Positions 37,990 through 51,221 of a DNA stretch of 64,000 nucleotides are shown here, one piece after another. A program made the position numbers and the translations under genes. This DNA comes from Octopus bimaculoides. Taxonomy: Eukaryota. The notes beneath the pieces are model-generated. The model was not told the origin of the DNA. It saw only the letters and a program-made list of their open reading frames with translations, and ran no database searches. Position 1 is the first letter of the stretch, and every line of letters begins with the position of its first letter. The stretch is taken from contig NC_068981.1 in NCBI RefSeq assembly GCF_001194135.2, positions 156,606,715-156,670,714 of the forward strand, given 5' to 3'.

Positions 37990-40114
37990 TAAATCAACCT
38001 AGATATGCTGTCAACAAAGGACACAATAAAGGGGACGAAATAGATAAATTTAGGCCCTTAGCTCTGCTAAACGCAGTTTACAAGATCTTAGCGAAGGTGT
38101 TAACCAACAGATTGGCGCTTTTCGATAAACTGATCGGTGACACGCAGACATACGCTATTCTAAACATCTATTCACGACAGCCTCTGCCTCACGCGTCATA
38201 TCATAGAGATGGTTGGTAAGGAATCTGGCATGGCTGGGGCCCTGATCAATTTGGATTAATCAAAGATTTTTGATAGGGTCGACTACCAATACTTAGAGGC
38301 TGTCCTCGCGTTAGCCGGTTTCGGTCCCGCTTTTAGAGGCTGGATCGCTGCAGTGTACAGTGGTCAAAGAGAATGGTCACTTATTGGAATCGTTTAACAT
38401 CCCACGTTCAGTCCATCGAGGATGCCCACTTCTACCCCTTCTGTACGTGCTGGCTCTCGAGTCATTGCTACGGAATCTGGATGTTTCGAGGGGCATCCGG
38501 TGTGAACTAGGATGTGGAAGTTTTGTGTCGGCTTATACAGCCGGTGTCACTGTAATAGTGTTGGACATCTCGGAAATCGAGTTGATCGGCACTATCCTAA
38601 GAGAATATCATGCGGGGAGAGAAGCAAAGATTAACCAGGAGAAGTCGGGCCTGCAGCTCACCACCTGAAGCGTTTTGGGACGCTGAAGGAAGGACCAGTT
38701 AAATTGACCGGGTTCCGGTTTGGTCTTGTTCAGGTAGACAAGAAATGGGGGAATGTGACGAGCAGACTGGCCAGTCTCATCAACAAATGGGCAGAAAGGA
38801 AGCTCTCCCTGAAGGGTCGCTCGGAGGTGGTGAATGCGTACGTCACTTCCGTCACTTCTTACCGCCTGACCGTCATTCCTTACCTTGCTTCGTTACTGAT
38901 CAAGCTGGAGCGCTTTCTCTTCCGTTTTCTATGGAAGGTACGTGTTTCGCTCGTCAGACATTCTGCTGTCAGCAACCGCTGAGTAGGGGACTAACCATGC
39001 CGTTACTAATGATGCGCAGTAGCTGCGACATCTCCAGCGTTTCCTAAACGGTGAACAGGTGTAGTTGCAGTTTGCTGGACAGGGTTTTTCGCTGCTCATC
39101 TTATTAATTGGGCTACAGTCCTGACTTAAGTGTAGATCGAGAAAGGGCGCTTGGCACTAGGAGTGCCGGCAAGCGCTCACAACCTTAAGCCAGTCGGGTA
39201 ATGCGGTCGGTGGAAATTCCACATTGAAGTTCTATATGGGATTAATGGCGGGCAAGAGCAATGACATCCTCGAGGAATCACTGCGCATCGGAAGAGATCA
39301 TTTGGTTAGTCTTTTCCAGAGGAATTTCAGGCTGGGACCTATGGATAATTTCTAGAAATCCCTGACCTAGCAGTGCTACCGGGGATGGGTGGGGGCTCTG
39401 CCGGTTCGAGACAATTCTACAGATACGGAAGTGCTGTCGGACAGACATGTCCGAGATGTGAGCAGGGCGATGAAACCATTCTGCATGTGTTCATCCAGTG
39501 TCCGGGCATTTCTGAGTTGTGGAACTTTGTCGGACAACTGTTGTTGTATGTAGGACGGATCCAGCTATCGACCGAGTCCATCGTGAGATTGCCCCGCCCC
39601 CCTCTTTCGGTCGGGAAGGGCACATAGTTTTCCTCTGTTTGGTAACTATGGAGAAAGAGGCAGTGTGTTGGGCGAGGTTGAAAGGAATGAAGACAGACGT
39701 CTTCCTCTTCGGTCAAGGCCACATCGACTTTTTCAAGTTTCACTTGAAATGGAAGGTGCAGTTGGAGAGGGAAATACTGCTCCTTGGCAGTTTTGTTGAA
39801 AGGTGGGTAAGTGTGGCGAGAATGGCTCGTGTGAATGGGCCTACTCTTAGCATGCGCCTGTAGCCCGGAGGCAATGGAGAAAAGAGGGGAGGGCACTCGA
39901 AGTGCCGTTGGAGTTCCGAGTGTCCAGGATGAGTGGGGTTCCTTGGTTGCCCTTGGGTGGGGTTTCCCCCCTTTTGGGGAATTTTATATTTACGAATTCT
40001 TATTGTTGTTATTGTTTTTTACTCTTTACATGCACTATAAGTAAATCTCCACTGCCTTCTATTTTGAATCGTTCTTTGTTTTTATGTGCGTCCTTTACGG
40101 CCAATAAAGAAAGG
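37990..40114 (+). mobile_element. Tx1/L1-like LINE, 5'-truncated (RT, CCHC finger, 3' UTR)
   Basis: FRPLALLNAVYKILAKVL; VHRGCPLLPLLYVLALE; TCPRCEQGDETILHVFIQC; ends aataaagaaagg(att)n. Confidence 0.92.

Positions 40115-40183
<69 letters not shown>
40115..40183. repeat. (ATT)n tract between two tail-to-tail LINEs
   Basis: Direct reading. Confidence 0.95.
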
Positions 40184-43100
40184 TCTCTTTATCACAGGTT
40201 TTGTTGGTGCTCCTGGAGCTACATTCAGCCTACGGTACCACGCTATCCGTTATTTTCAGCTATCTAATACCTTCCTGATTATTCTGGCTGTGCCAAGGAA
40301 GCCAACCTTTTGTAGCAGTCCTACTGGGCACTCTATTCCACTTTACTGTATATTCCTCTTGATACCTTCTGATACTGTTCCCAAGGACCCAACAATAATT
40401 GGCACTATCTTCACCTTCTTCATTTTCCGTAGCCAGGGTATTTCGTACTTAAGAGGGTTGTATTTATCTATCTTTTCGCTTTCTTTCTTGACTATTCGTC
40501 GGTCAAAAGGGCACGCAACATCAACTATATAGCATATGTGGTGCACCTTGTCCACAACCACTAGGTCTGGTTTGTTATGCTCTAGCACCTGATCTGTTTC
40601 GATTGGGAAGTCTCAGAGGATTTTGCTAGTGTCCGACTCCGCCACTCTCTGCGCTTTGTGCTCATACCACGTCTTGCCTCTCTCTTGCCCCCACTTTTCA
40701 CACAGTTTCCAGTGTAGCCCTTTCGTTACCTGATCGTGTCGCCACAACTTGTAGTGGTTTTGGACAAGTCTAGGGCATTCGTTCGTGATATGGGCAATGG
40801 TTTCACCCACTCTATTGCAGATGCGACACAGCGGAAACACTTGCTCATTCCTAAGGTTGACCCTCCAGTTCATGGCCAAAGCATGGTCTTGTGCTGCCAG
40901 TATAATGCTCTCGGTCCCTTCATCAGCTAATCCCACCTATTTTTTCCAGCAACTTCTGTTGTGGCTACATGGAATTGATTGTGTAGTCCCTTGTTGCGTA
41001 ATTCTTCTTTATGTCCTCTATGTACTTCTTCCTTTGTTTTCCATTTTCTTTCTGCTTTCAATACTCCCTCGTTCCTAATTGTCAGTAGCAAGGTTTCCTT
41101 ACTTAGGGCTAGGTATCTCATTAAGCTCTCGAGTTCAACACACACGCAATTTTCCACATCAGTCTCCTTCCTCCATTTGCTTTCTTCAGTGTCTGCGCGT
41201 GGATGATGGCTTTCATGCATTGTTAGGAGCTTTCTTGACTTCCTGTCCATCTCCTTTAGCTTCTCCTCTGTCCACTTAAGGATTCCAGCGACATACCGAA
41301 CTACTACGACTGCACGCGAAGTTATTGCCGAAATTGTTTCTGGCATTCAGCTTTGAAGCTAACATTTTTGTCTCTCGCTGCATTACTCTCTTTTTGTCTT
41401 TTCCTTCATGTCGTTGTGTTTGATTCCATCTGCCTCAAGTATTCCCAGGTATTTATAGCTGGATTGAAGTTGAATTGCCTTCATCATTTCACCAATTGGC
41501 AACCATATGCTTTCTGTCCTGATGGCTTTCCTCGTCTCATCACCATTGTAGCACATTTTGAGAGTCCAAACTCCATCTTAATATCATTGGAGAAAATCCG
41601 TACCGACTGGGCTAGGCTGTCTAGTTCTGCCTCAGTTTTTGTGAATAGCTTTAGGTCGTCCATGAATAGCAAGTGGTTCCATTTTCTCTTACCTTTTCCC
41701 AGATCATACTCCAACTTTGTTTTCTGTAGTATTCTACTCAAGGGGATAATTTCCAGCACAAATATCAATGGAGACACACTGTTCCCCTCGAAGATTACTC
41801 TCTTGATTTTCACCTCTCCTAGTACTTGCTTCCCTGCTGTCAATTCCGTTCTCCAGCATTTCATGCTATTCCATATAATGCTTCACATATTCTCTGCTAC
41901 TCCATACATTTCCATTGTTCTTATTATCCATGAGTGTGGTATCATATCGTGTACTTTGCGATGGTCAGCCCATGCCATGCTCAGGTTGGTATGTCTTCTC
42001 TTGCAGTTCCTGATAATTAGGTTGTCAATTAAGAGCTGATCCTTCATTCCCCGGCTCCTTTTCCGACACCCTTTCTGTTCAATGGGTAGGAAACTACTTT
42101 TTTTCAAGTATCTGTACACTTCACCGGCCAAAGCACCTGACATTAGTTCCACCATTAGCGGAAGGCATTTTATTGGTCTAAAGTTGGATGTAACATTTCC
42201 CTTTTTGGGATCCTTGGCACGTAACAATGTCTTTCCCTTTGTCATCCAGCTGGGTACTGCAGCTTCCTGCAAGCACTCATCTAGCTGTTGTGCTATCCTT
42301 TCATGGAGTCCTGTCAGCTTCTTCATCCAAAAACCTTGGACCTCATCCGGTCCTGGGCTCTTCCAATTTGGGAATTTTCTTAATTGATTTTTTATCATTT
42401 CTGTAATTATCTTTATGTCTTCTTGGCCGTCTATATTTCTTAACCTATCTTGGATTTCATGCAACCACTCCATTTATTCAGTATGTTCTACAGGTTGGTT
42501 CAAGATCTCTCTTCTCTGCGTCTGGTATCATTGTTACGTGTATTTGCCCATCTAGTTCCTGAAACAGTCTCTTCTGATTTGCTGCAAACAATCTGTTTTG
42601 CCTGAACTGTCTTTTTCTATTGTCATATCCTTCCAGTTTTGCTTTGGTTGCCACTACTCTTTGTTTCAATTCTTCCAAAATTACATCATAACCTTTATCT
42701 CTTATTCTATATGTTCTTTCCAGCATTATTCTTATGCTTTCATTCTACAGTTCCCCTATTCTCAATCTAATAACTTGTCCTAAATGTCATTTTAACTTAC
42801 TTTGTTTCTCACACATTCGTCTACGCCAGTATGGTTCTTTACGTTCTGTTTGTTCTTTTCTATTATATCCAACTCTATCTGCAGCAACCATAGCTGAAGC
42901 TAAAATAATCTTGTTAGTTTCAGTTATATTTCTCGTCTGGAATAGCCCAAGAACCGAATCTATCTTTTCGGTTTCAACTTTGAGCATGCGTCGATCAATG
43001 TACCTCAGGTTGTAGGGTGCTTGATTCTGGTCTTCTCCAATATATTGGCGCAGCATCCTGACTATATTCTTCCTATTGCTTCTGTTTTATTTGCTGAGAA

Positions 43101-43545
43101 TGCATTTACATTCACACTTTGCTCTACTTCTTTACTGCTGCCTTTCATTTTTCTGTTCTCACTGGGTACGTTGTCTGTTGGTGAAGTATTATTTCTATCT
43201 TCTACTTTCCTTTTTATCTCTTCTATTTCCATGTCTGTTAACTACCCTTTTGCTCTTATTGTTCTTGCCTGGTCAGCTAACCGTTGCTCACTTGTTTCGA
43301 AGAGCCCTATCTCATTCCATTCTGCTTTCATTTGTTGTCGGAATCCCATTTTTGCGGGGTTCACTCCTGATCCAGCATTCAATTACTGTTTAGTTTGCCT
43401 CCTTATCCCATCTTCTTTTCTGCCTCTGGCTTTGACTACAAGCAGTCTCTGGATGACGACCGGGCCTGCGCTGCTCAACCATAGGGTACCTGCCGGGCGG
43501 AAGGCTTTCACCTTTGGTTCCAACCTCATTAACACCATTATTTGA
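40184..43545 (-). mobile_element. R4/Dong-like LINE, near full length, degenerate
   Basis: EQRLADQAR; WKSPGPDEVQGFW; NFRPIKCL; HLLFMDDLKLF; CRICNRVGETIAHI..C..RHDQV; HNKPDLVVVDK; IVPIIVGSLG. Confidence 0.93.
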
Positions 43546-43899
43546 TATATTTGTATTAGACATTTTCACTCAACATTGAGGTATGTATTTTAAAGTTAGC
43601 CACCAACCGAGAGTATCTTTTAGAGCAGAAAATATAATTGTGGAACAGAAAATGCAATTCACATTCGACATTTATCATCTATATTGTAGAAGTTGTGGAT
43701 AGTTCTTTCAATATATCTTGTGTATCGTGAATGTTTTTACTTCCGTTGTTCCATTCACACCAGATTTGTTTATATAGACTAGAGTTATTCTTTTTATTCA
43801 TATATGCCGCACTCAGCCCGCAGAAATACTGGCCGTAAAATACTGGTGTTTATGGTTATTTATCGCATGAGCCATCAATGTGTCAGATTTTGTTGATGA

Positions 43900-44170
43900 T
43901 ATAGACTTAGACTTTAACTGTCAGAAGTCAAATTCTATACTCATGCGAGAATTTTGCTGCTGCAGATATAATGGATATACTGTCTTTCTTTACGGTGATA
44001 ATCAACATGGGCATAAAGATAGAAAGATAGTGGTCAACATTAACAACTGCTTTTTTAAATTGCTCTCTGAGGCTAAGCGATCCTCTACCATCTTGTTTAG
44101 GGATATATATTCATCGAGCATCGGACTTACCGAGTAGTATGCGGTGTTTTTGGTAGCTTTCTCATATCGC
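43900..44170 (-). mobile_element. RLE-type LINE fragment
   Basis: KQDGRGSLSLREQFKKAVVNVDHYL resembles the GGRGL region of the other copies. Confidence 0.45.
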
Positions 44171-44649
44171 AGACGATGAAGGCGAAGTCATCTAGCGGTA
44201 TTCCAGCACCACACGTTATATTTTGGCATTAATTACCCACAATCCATCTACCACTACTGTTACGACGAACGTCACCATCATTAGAGCAAACGTTACCATT
44301 ACTACTACCGCTGCAACCTGCTTCACCAAACCTATACTTTAAGTGTATGCTTACACTTACTTGCCAAAGAATCAAAGGCTTGCGTCCTGTCACTTAGAAT
44401 GACACTAAATCTAGCTTTGTTATGACTTAATTGCTGCAGCCTTTGTTGACGGTCTCACACTTAATCCCTGTTAATTCAAATATCAGTTTTCTGTTAAGAT
44501 TGTTATTTATCTCGCTGTTTAAATTTACACAAGTTTACTTACATACACATAATTATACTATTTGTTTTGTATTTCTTAAGTCTGGTCAGTTCCATTCGTC
44601 TTTATTTTAAACAAAGAGTACACACACTTACACACTCGAACACACACAC

Positions 44650-44650
<1 letters not shown>

Positions 44651-44680
<30 letters not shown>

Positions 44681-44773
44681 TGTATGTATGTATGTATGCA
44701 TGTATGTATGTATGTATGTATGTATGTATGTATGTATGTATGTATGTACGTATGTATGTATGTATGTATGTAT
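44651..44773. repeat. (TATG)n microsatellite
   Basis: Direct reading. Confidence 0.97.
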
Positions 44774-45344
44774 GGCAAGTAAATGTAATAATTATTTGTG
44801 AATTTAAACCTACTGGCAGCACCAGAACTGACACTAAGTATACTTCTTAATTAGTTCTGAAGAGTAACAAACGTGGATAGAGGCATGTTTTCATTTTATT
44901 TAATCTAGATTTTATTTAGCCGCACACTAATAATTTATCATATGGACCAAAATGTTACATTTCGCCCCTATATTGACTAATTCTAATTAAAATTTGTCAT
45001 TATTTGAAATCTTTAAACAAGATAAAAATTTAGATGAAATATTTGTTTGTTTGAAAAGATTAACTGCAGAACAAATTTTTATTTTATATCGTACATGTTG
45101 AACAAATGTAGCATTTGCAACAGGTTTTCAAATGGCCAGTTACTGGTTACCTGCATTTCTAACAAAGAGACAAGCAAAGGTGAGTTTTATAATCTGGTGC
45201 AAAACGAAATATAGGAAAGGATTTCATTCGAAGACGGTTTTCAACACTATATTAACATCGTTCGCTAGCATACTTCAGAGAAAGATATTCTAAAACTCAC
45301 ATACACTTTCCAGTACATATATGTATATATACACACATATCTGT

Positions 45345-45403
<59 letters not shown>

Positions 45404-46228
45404 TCAGAATACGACCAAAAGTCGAACACAGATACGCATGTCACATACCTATGTTTATATGTTTATATATGATTTAATTTGATCTAGTTTCAGCTCATGA
45501 GCTGTGGCCATGCTGGGGCACCGCAATTTGGTATATATGAGGGATTTAGTTCATTTGTGATCTAAACGAATAGGTACGCTAGGTAAGTGCTATAGTTGGT
45601 CGACCGTTAGGTTCCAAGATGACAGCTACAGCTGGATCTAGGGATCCGTTTAAGGGTTCCGTTATAGCAGGTATATATTATATTAGAGGAAAAATCCAAA
45701 ACCAAGGCAGAACGAGTTTCTCAAGCCATTTAGAATAATTTAATTCGGGTAAGGTGAATTTGAAGTCTTACAGTCGTTTCTGGGATAACCTAAATAGTTG
45801 GTTAGCATGTCCGTGACAAGGTATGAATATTTTAGACGGGGAAAATTTACAGTTTAGAAGGAATAAAATAGAAGTATAAAGGAGTAAAATAGAAGAATAA
45901 AGAATAAAAGTAGTTAGCAGAATATAGGCAGGAGACTAATGTTCACAACAGAAGATATGGATGTTGGTTGAATTAGGTTCTTAAATTGAGGCACCTTGCT
46001 AGTTCAGTATAATCTGCACCCCCACCAACAATATTATTTGACTATTGAATATCAAAACTCCGTGAAGGGGTATTTGTACCCAATATTCCTGTCGCGTGTG
46101 CAGACAACGCAACCCAGCTAAGTGAAGATATCTGCTCTTGGTAATTCAGACATGTACTTTTTATAAAGGTACTTTCTATTGTACTTTAGAAGTGCAGATT
46201 CCAAGTTAGGTGAGCAGAATATAAATAT

Positions 46229-46533
46229 GTTACAAAAATGCATAGGTGTCAATTCTTTATGGCCGTTTCAAGCTGCTCCATTTAAATGATTAATGAAAAC
46301 ATTACATCAATTTGAAAGAAACGGTTCTCGTCAGATGACTGCATAGAGTTCAAATACAAAGGATAAACTATTTTAAACGAATTTGTTAAAAATGGTTTAT
46401 CCATTATGTTTGAAGTCTATGCAGTCATCTGACGAGAACCATTTCTTTCAAATTGATGTAATGTTTTCTTTAATCAATTAAATGGAGCCGGTTGAAACGG
46501 CCGTAAAAAATTGACACCTGTACATCTTTGTTA

Positions 46534-46534
<1 letters not shown>
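46229..46534. repeat. Fold-back element, ~150-bp arms, ~6-nt loop
   Basis: Left arm is the reverse complement of the right arm with scattered mismatches; centre ~46381. Confidence 0.93.
46420..46522 (+). ncRNA. Hammerhead ribozyme candidate, right arm
   Basis: CTGACGA 46429-46435; stem II aacc/ggtt with inner aattgat/atcaatt; GAAA 46494-46497; palindromic stem III ACGGCCGT; GUA 46503-46505; stem I weak. Confidence 0.5.
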
Positions 46535-46570
<36 letters not shown>

Positions 46571-46589
46571 GACTATCCCGTCGAAGGCA

Positions 46590-46862
46590 AGTATGAGCGT
46601 TTAGCAATTGCCGATCGACCTGCACAAATGATTTGTTTACAGGGATCAAATGTTCGTGCCACACATTAGCTCACTCCCTCCATCAAATCGACGTTGTCTG
46701 ATCAGGTGCACGGTGTACCACACGTTAAGTGTTGAAGTGATCACAGAGCAACTGGAAATGAAGTGATTTGCTCAAGAACCCAACACACCACCCGGCCTAG
46801 GAATTGAACTCTCGGTCGCTTGATTGTGAGTGCAACACCCTAACCGCTAAGCTGTGCCATCA
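46590..46862 (-). mobile_element. tRNA-derived SINE, family D
   Basis: Head gatggcacagcttagcggttagggtgttgcactc..gagttcaattcc. Confidence 0.75.
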
Positions 46863-46917
46863 CACACATACACACACATACATGTGTGTGTGTGTGTGTG
46901 TGTATGTGTGTGTGTGT

Positions 46918-46984
<67 letters not shown>

Positions 46985-47403
46985 NNNNNNNNNNNNNNNN
47001 NNNNNNNNNNNNNNNNNNNNNNNNNNNNNNNNNNNNNNNNNNNNNNNNNNNNNNNNNNNNNNNNNNNNNNNNNNNNNNNNNNNNNNNNNNNNNNNNNNNN
47101 NNNNNNNNNNNNNNNNNNNNNNNNNNNNNNNNNNNNNNNNNNNNNNNNNNNNNNNNNNNNNNNNNNNNNNNNNNNNNNNNNNNNNNNNNNNNNNNNNNNN
47201 NNNNNNNNNNNNNNNNNNNNNNNNNNNNNNNNNNNNNNNNNNNNNNNNNNNNNNNNNNNNNNNNNNNNNNNNNNNNNNNNNNNNNNNNNNNNNNNNNNNN
47301 NNNNNNNNNNNNNNNNNNNNNNNNNNNNNNNNNNNNNNNNNNNNNNNNNNNNNNNNNNNNNNNNNNNNNNNNNNNNNNNNNNNNNNNNNNNNNNNNNNNN
47401 NNN
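46985..47403. other. Assembly gap (N) after (TG)n
   Basis: N run. Confidence 0.99.
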
Positions 47404-48000
47404 GGTGTTCGAGCTAAATTTGACAGTTTGCAAAAACGGAAAAGAAAACAAAATACCGTAGCCAAAAGGAAAAGTTTTTTAAAAAGTCAAAGAATATCGA
47501 CTAGACTTTTTGCTGGGATATAACAACTTACTCAAAGCAAGCGACCTCAGCTTCCAGCACGCTCTCAAGGCGGCTTCGGAACTTCACGCATGCGTTCCTC
47601 ATTGTGGAGGAAGATCTCTTTGATAATGGCCACCAGCTCGGCCTTGGTGTTGCAGGCAGAAAAGTTGGTGTCTTTCTCAATCGCACTTCTTTCCGGAAGT
47701 ATGGCAAGGAATCGAATACTGCTGCCACACATATGGCCTTCCAGCAGCAACTCTCTCTAGTCAGGGTTTGACCAGAGTCTCCAACAGCTTCACATAGCTG
47801 TTGAATTGAGTTTAAGGTGCTTCTCAAAGATGTGAGGATGAAATCTGGCGTGCGATGGCCGTCAGAATGCTTGTTTTGCCTCTTTGTACTGGCCATGGCT
47901 TTGTAGACACCACTGCAGTTGTCCATGTCGCGCCTTACAGCCGTTACAGTATCCACAAAGTATTGAGCAGCTGTCACAACGACGGTCATTTTGACACTTT
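47404..48000 (-). mobile_element. maT/Tc1-like transposase remnant, internally deleted
   Basis: TAAQYFVDTVTAVRRDMDNC..RTPDF|PHIFE..GRPYVWQQYSIPCHTSGK..NACVKFRSRLESVLEAE. Confidence 0.8.
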
Positions 48001-48014
48001 GCACGAACATATGC

Positions 48015-48060
<46 letters not shown>

Positions 48061-48781
48061 NNNNNNNNNNNNNNNNNNNNNNNNNNNNNNNNNNNNNNNN
48101 NNNNNNNNNNNNNNNNNNNNNNNNNNNNNNNNNNNNNNNNNNNNNNNNNNNNNNNNNNNNNNNNNNNNNNNNNNNNNNNNNNNNNNNNNNNNNNNNNNNN
48201 NNNNNNNNNNNNNNNNNNNNNNNNNNNNNNNNNNNNNNNNNNNNNNNNNNNNNNNNNNNNNNNNNNNNNNNNNNNNNNNNNNNNNNNNNNNNNNNNNNNN
48301 NNNNNNNNNNNNNNNNNNNNNNNNNNNNNNNNNNNNNNNNNNNNNNNNNNNNNNNNNNNNNNNNNNNNNNNNNNNNNNNNNNNNNNNNNNNNNNNNNNNN
48401 NNNNNNNNNNNNNNNNNNNNNNNNNNNNNNNNNNNNNNNNNNNNNNNNNNNNNNNNNNNNNNNNNNNNNNNNNNNNNNNNNNNNNNNNNNNNNNNNNNNN
48501 NNNNNNNNNNNNNNNNNNNNNNNNNNNNNNNNNNNNNNNNNNNNNNNNNNNNNNNNNNNNNNNNNNNNNNNNNNNNNNNNNNNNNNNNNNNNNNNNNNNN
48601 NNNNNNNNNNNNNNNNNNNNNNNNNNNNNNNNNNNNNNNNNNNNNNNNNNNNNNNNNNNNNNNNNNNNNNNNNNNNNNNNNNNNNNNNNNNNNNNNNNNN
48701 NNNNNNNNNNNNNNNNNNNNNNNNNNNNNNNNNNNNNNNNNNNNNNNNNNNNNNNNNNNNNNNNNNNNNNNNNNNNNNNNN
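48061..48781. other. Assembly gap (N) after (TA)n
   Basis: N run. Confidence 0.99.
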
Positions 48782-49185
48782 AATCCTTTACCCTTTTAAT
48801 TGTAATAATTAATTATTCACTCCCGGATAGTAAACCACAGATTTTCTTCGGTACCGCCTGCGACGCACATGGTAATCCGTGAGGGAAGATGATGGGCTGG
48901 CTCGCCTATGTAGATTTGGAGATACTTTCAAGATGTGTCGACTGCAATGATGGCGCTAGATCATGCATGCACATTTGCCAATATCGTCGAATTTACAACA
49001 GGAATATCATACCGATGAGGTAATGAAGAGTTTTTATGCTCCTAAACCAGAAACATGTCTATGATTAACTATGGCTAGTTTAGTTCGTAATTTTTCTTCT
49101 TGTGTTGTCTATGTGAGTTGCGGGTAACTGATATCTGTTGGAGTTTCAGCATTTTTAGCTGCTATTTCTGAACTTCAGTATGCGG

Positions 49186-50200
49186 CTAAGCAACATCTTG
49201 ATTCCTCCTTTTCCCTCTTTTCCGTTTCTTTGGTGCTGTATTCCATCCATCTTTCTCTTCTGCCTCTTTGTTCTCTTCCTCCTCCGGTTCTTTCTCGCTC
49301 ACACTCGATGTCACAAGAGGTGGAGGTGCGGATTGTTTCGTTGGTTCCTTTGCGGCAGGTGGAGGCCATTCTGCTTTTATGTGACCTTTTTGACCACATT
49401 TAAAGCATTTGGGCGTCCTGCCGTCCACCATGACTCTCAGCTTTATATCCTCTCCTACTGCGATAGTTTCCACCATCTTCTCCCAATCTCCGTGGAGGCC
49501 TGGAGTATCATTTCTAGGCCCTGCCCTAGCCAATTTCTTGATGGCACTCTTTTGGCCAGGTGGACCACAAACTTGTCCTCCATACCCAGCAGGATGGCGG
49601 CTACCAGCCAGGCAACATCCACCTCAGGGGGGATCTCTTCTAGCCTTACCCTAGAAGCATGCCATTCCAGGTAAATGGGTAGAAGGACTATTCGTCCGTT
49701 TTGAGGGGAATCACAGCATACTGCCTGGCCAAAGCCTCCGACACAAACCGCACCTCCACCGTTGAATATTTTCTGCCTCTGGCAAGGTAATTCACTTCCT
49801 TCCATATTGGCCTCAATGCTTTTTCAACCTGTGCTTTGGTTGCGACATCTATTCGCTGCAATTTCAAACTGTAAGTTCTGTACAGTACGGTTCTTCTTTT
49901 TAACTCGTTCCGTTGTCTCACTGGGAGGGACATCTTTACATTGTTCCCTTCCCTTTTAAGCATTTCTTTGAATTTATTCAATTCTTCCAAGCATACGTCC
50001 TCACTTTTATCTTTCACCGCCTCCGCAAAGTTCTTGGCCCCCATCGCCTCGTCAATCTTTTTCAGACTTTCAGCAAGTTCCTCCTCGGATGACGACAAGT
50101 TTGAGGAGCTAATCTTTTCGGTTCTCGCTTTCATTATCGCGCTTCTCCCTTCACATAAGGGGGGGAGAAGCGTCAACAAAGCCGCCTTAGGCAGCAAAAC
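49186..50200 (-). mobile_element. Tx1-like ORF1 (gag-like, CCHC knuckle), frameshifted; no ORF2 seen
   Basis: Three overlapping ORFs; GRTPKCFKCGQKGHIKAE(W); basic end KKRKRGKRR resembles the ORF1 end at 21650-21720. Confidence 0.75.
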
Positions 50201-50323
50201 AAGGTTGTCGTTAGATACAAAACAGTTGAAAAAGTAACAAACAATTTAACTCACAGAAAAATCCAAGATGTTAACCATCCAAGGATTTCACCAGACTGCA
50301 AACGAAATAACAACTCTACCACT

Positions 50324-51052
50324 TCTGACTTATTCTTTATTACCCACATGGGGCTAACAGAGAGGGGTGATACAAGGACAGACAAACATATTAGTGGGGG
50401 AAAAAAGAAAAACGAATGTAAAAGGTGGATATGAATAATGAAAAATGGAAATAAGGCCACTCGACACCACATCCGAGCGACCTCATTTAATTTTTTTAAC
50501 ACAATTCTTTTTCTTACATCAATTCGTTACAAATAGTTCCCGAGTTCAAGATGATGAAAGGCCACCTTTGGTGGTAGCTTACTTACATCTACCTCTTTTT
50601 TAAGTCCACGATCTCTGCCCCGAACCTTTTTTTCGGTGTTTTCCTTTCTTCGTTGCTTACTATGGTGTATTCAACGTACTCGGGCCATCCCTTGCATTTT
50701 GAAACGTCCAGCGACACTTGAGAGTTTATTTCCTTTCTTATTCTCTTGCTATATAAAATGGCATACAGTTTCTTTCCTTTTTTTCTCTTCTTTCTTTTTG
50801 AGGTGGGATGGGGGGGGATTTCGGGCTCCTGTGTGTTTGTCATTGTATCTGTGTCAGGTGGGGTGGGATGAGGGTTGTTGACTGCAGGCGGAGGGTGGGA
50901 GAAGGATGGGGGTTCACATTTTCGCCTTGATTCCTTCTTTGCCGTTTCTTTGGTGCTGTATTCTATCCATCTTTCTCTTCTGCCTCCTTGTTCTCTTCCT
51001 CTTTCTCCGGCTCCTTCTCGCTAACACACGACGTCGCACGAACGTCGCTAAA
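50324..51052 (-). mobile_element. ORF2-deleted Tx1-like unit (HAL1-like) with 20-bp TSD
   Basis: Exact direct repeat gaaataacaactctaccact at 50304-50323 and 51053-51072; 50930-51030 duplicates 49200-49300; ORF2 tail KKLNEVARM; aataaag end. Confidence 0.7.
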
Positions 51053-51221
51053 GAAATAACAACTCTACCACTACTGGCTACTTGCAACGGCTGACTGCCT
51101 GATTTTATAGCGGGTTCTCATACCACTTTGCCACGTGGGAAGGAGTGCACCATTTCACTACATCTCACCTTTTAGTTCTTTTTTCTTTGGGAAGCAAGTA
51201 ATTTCATTTTACTTTATTTAC

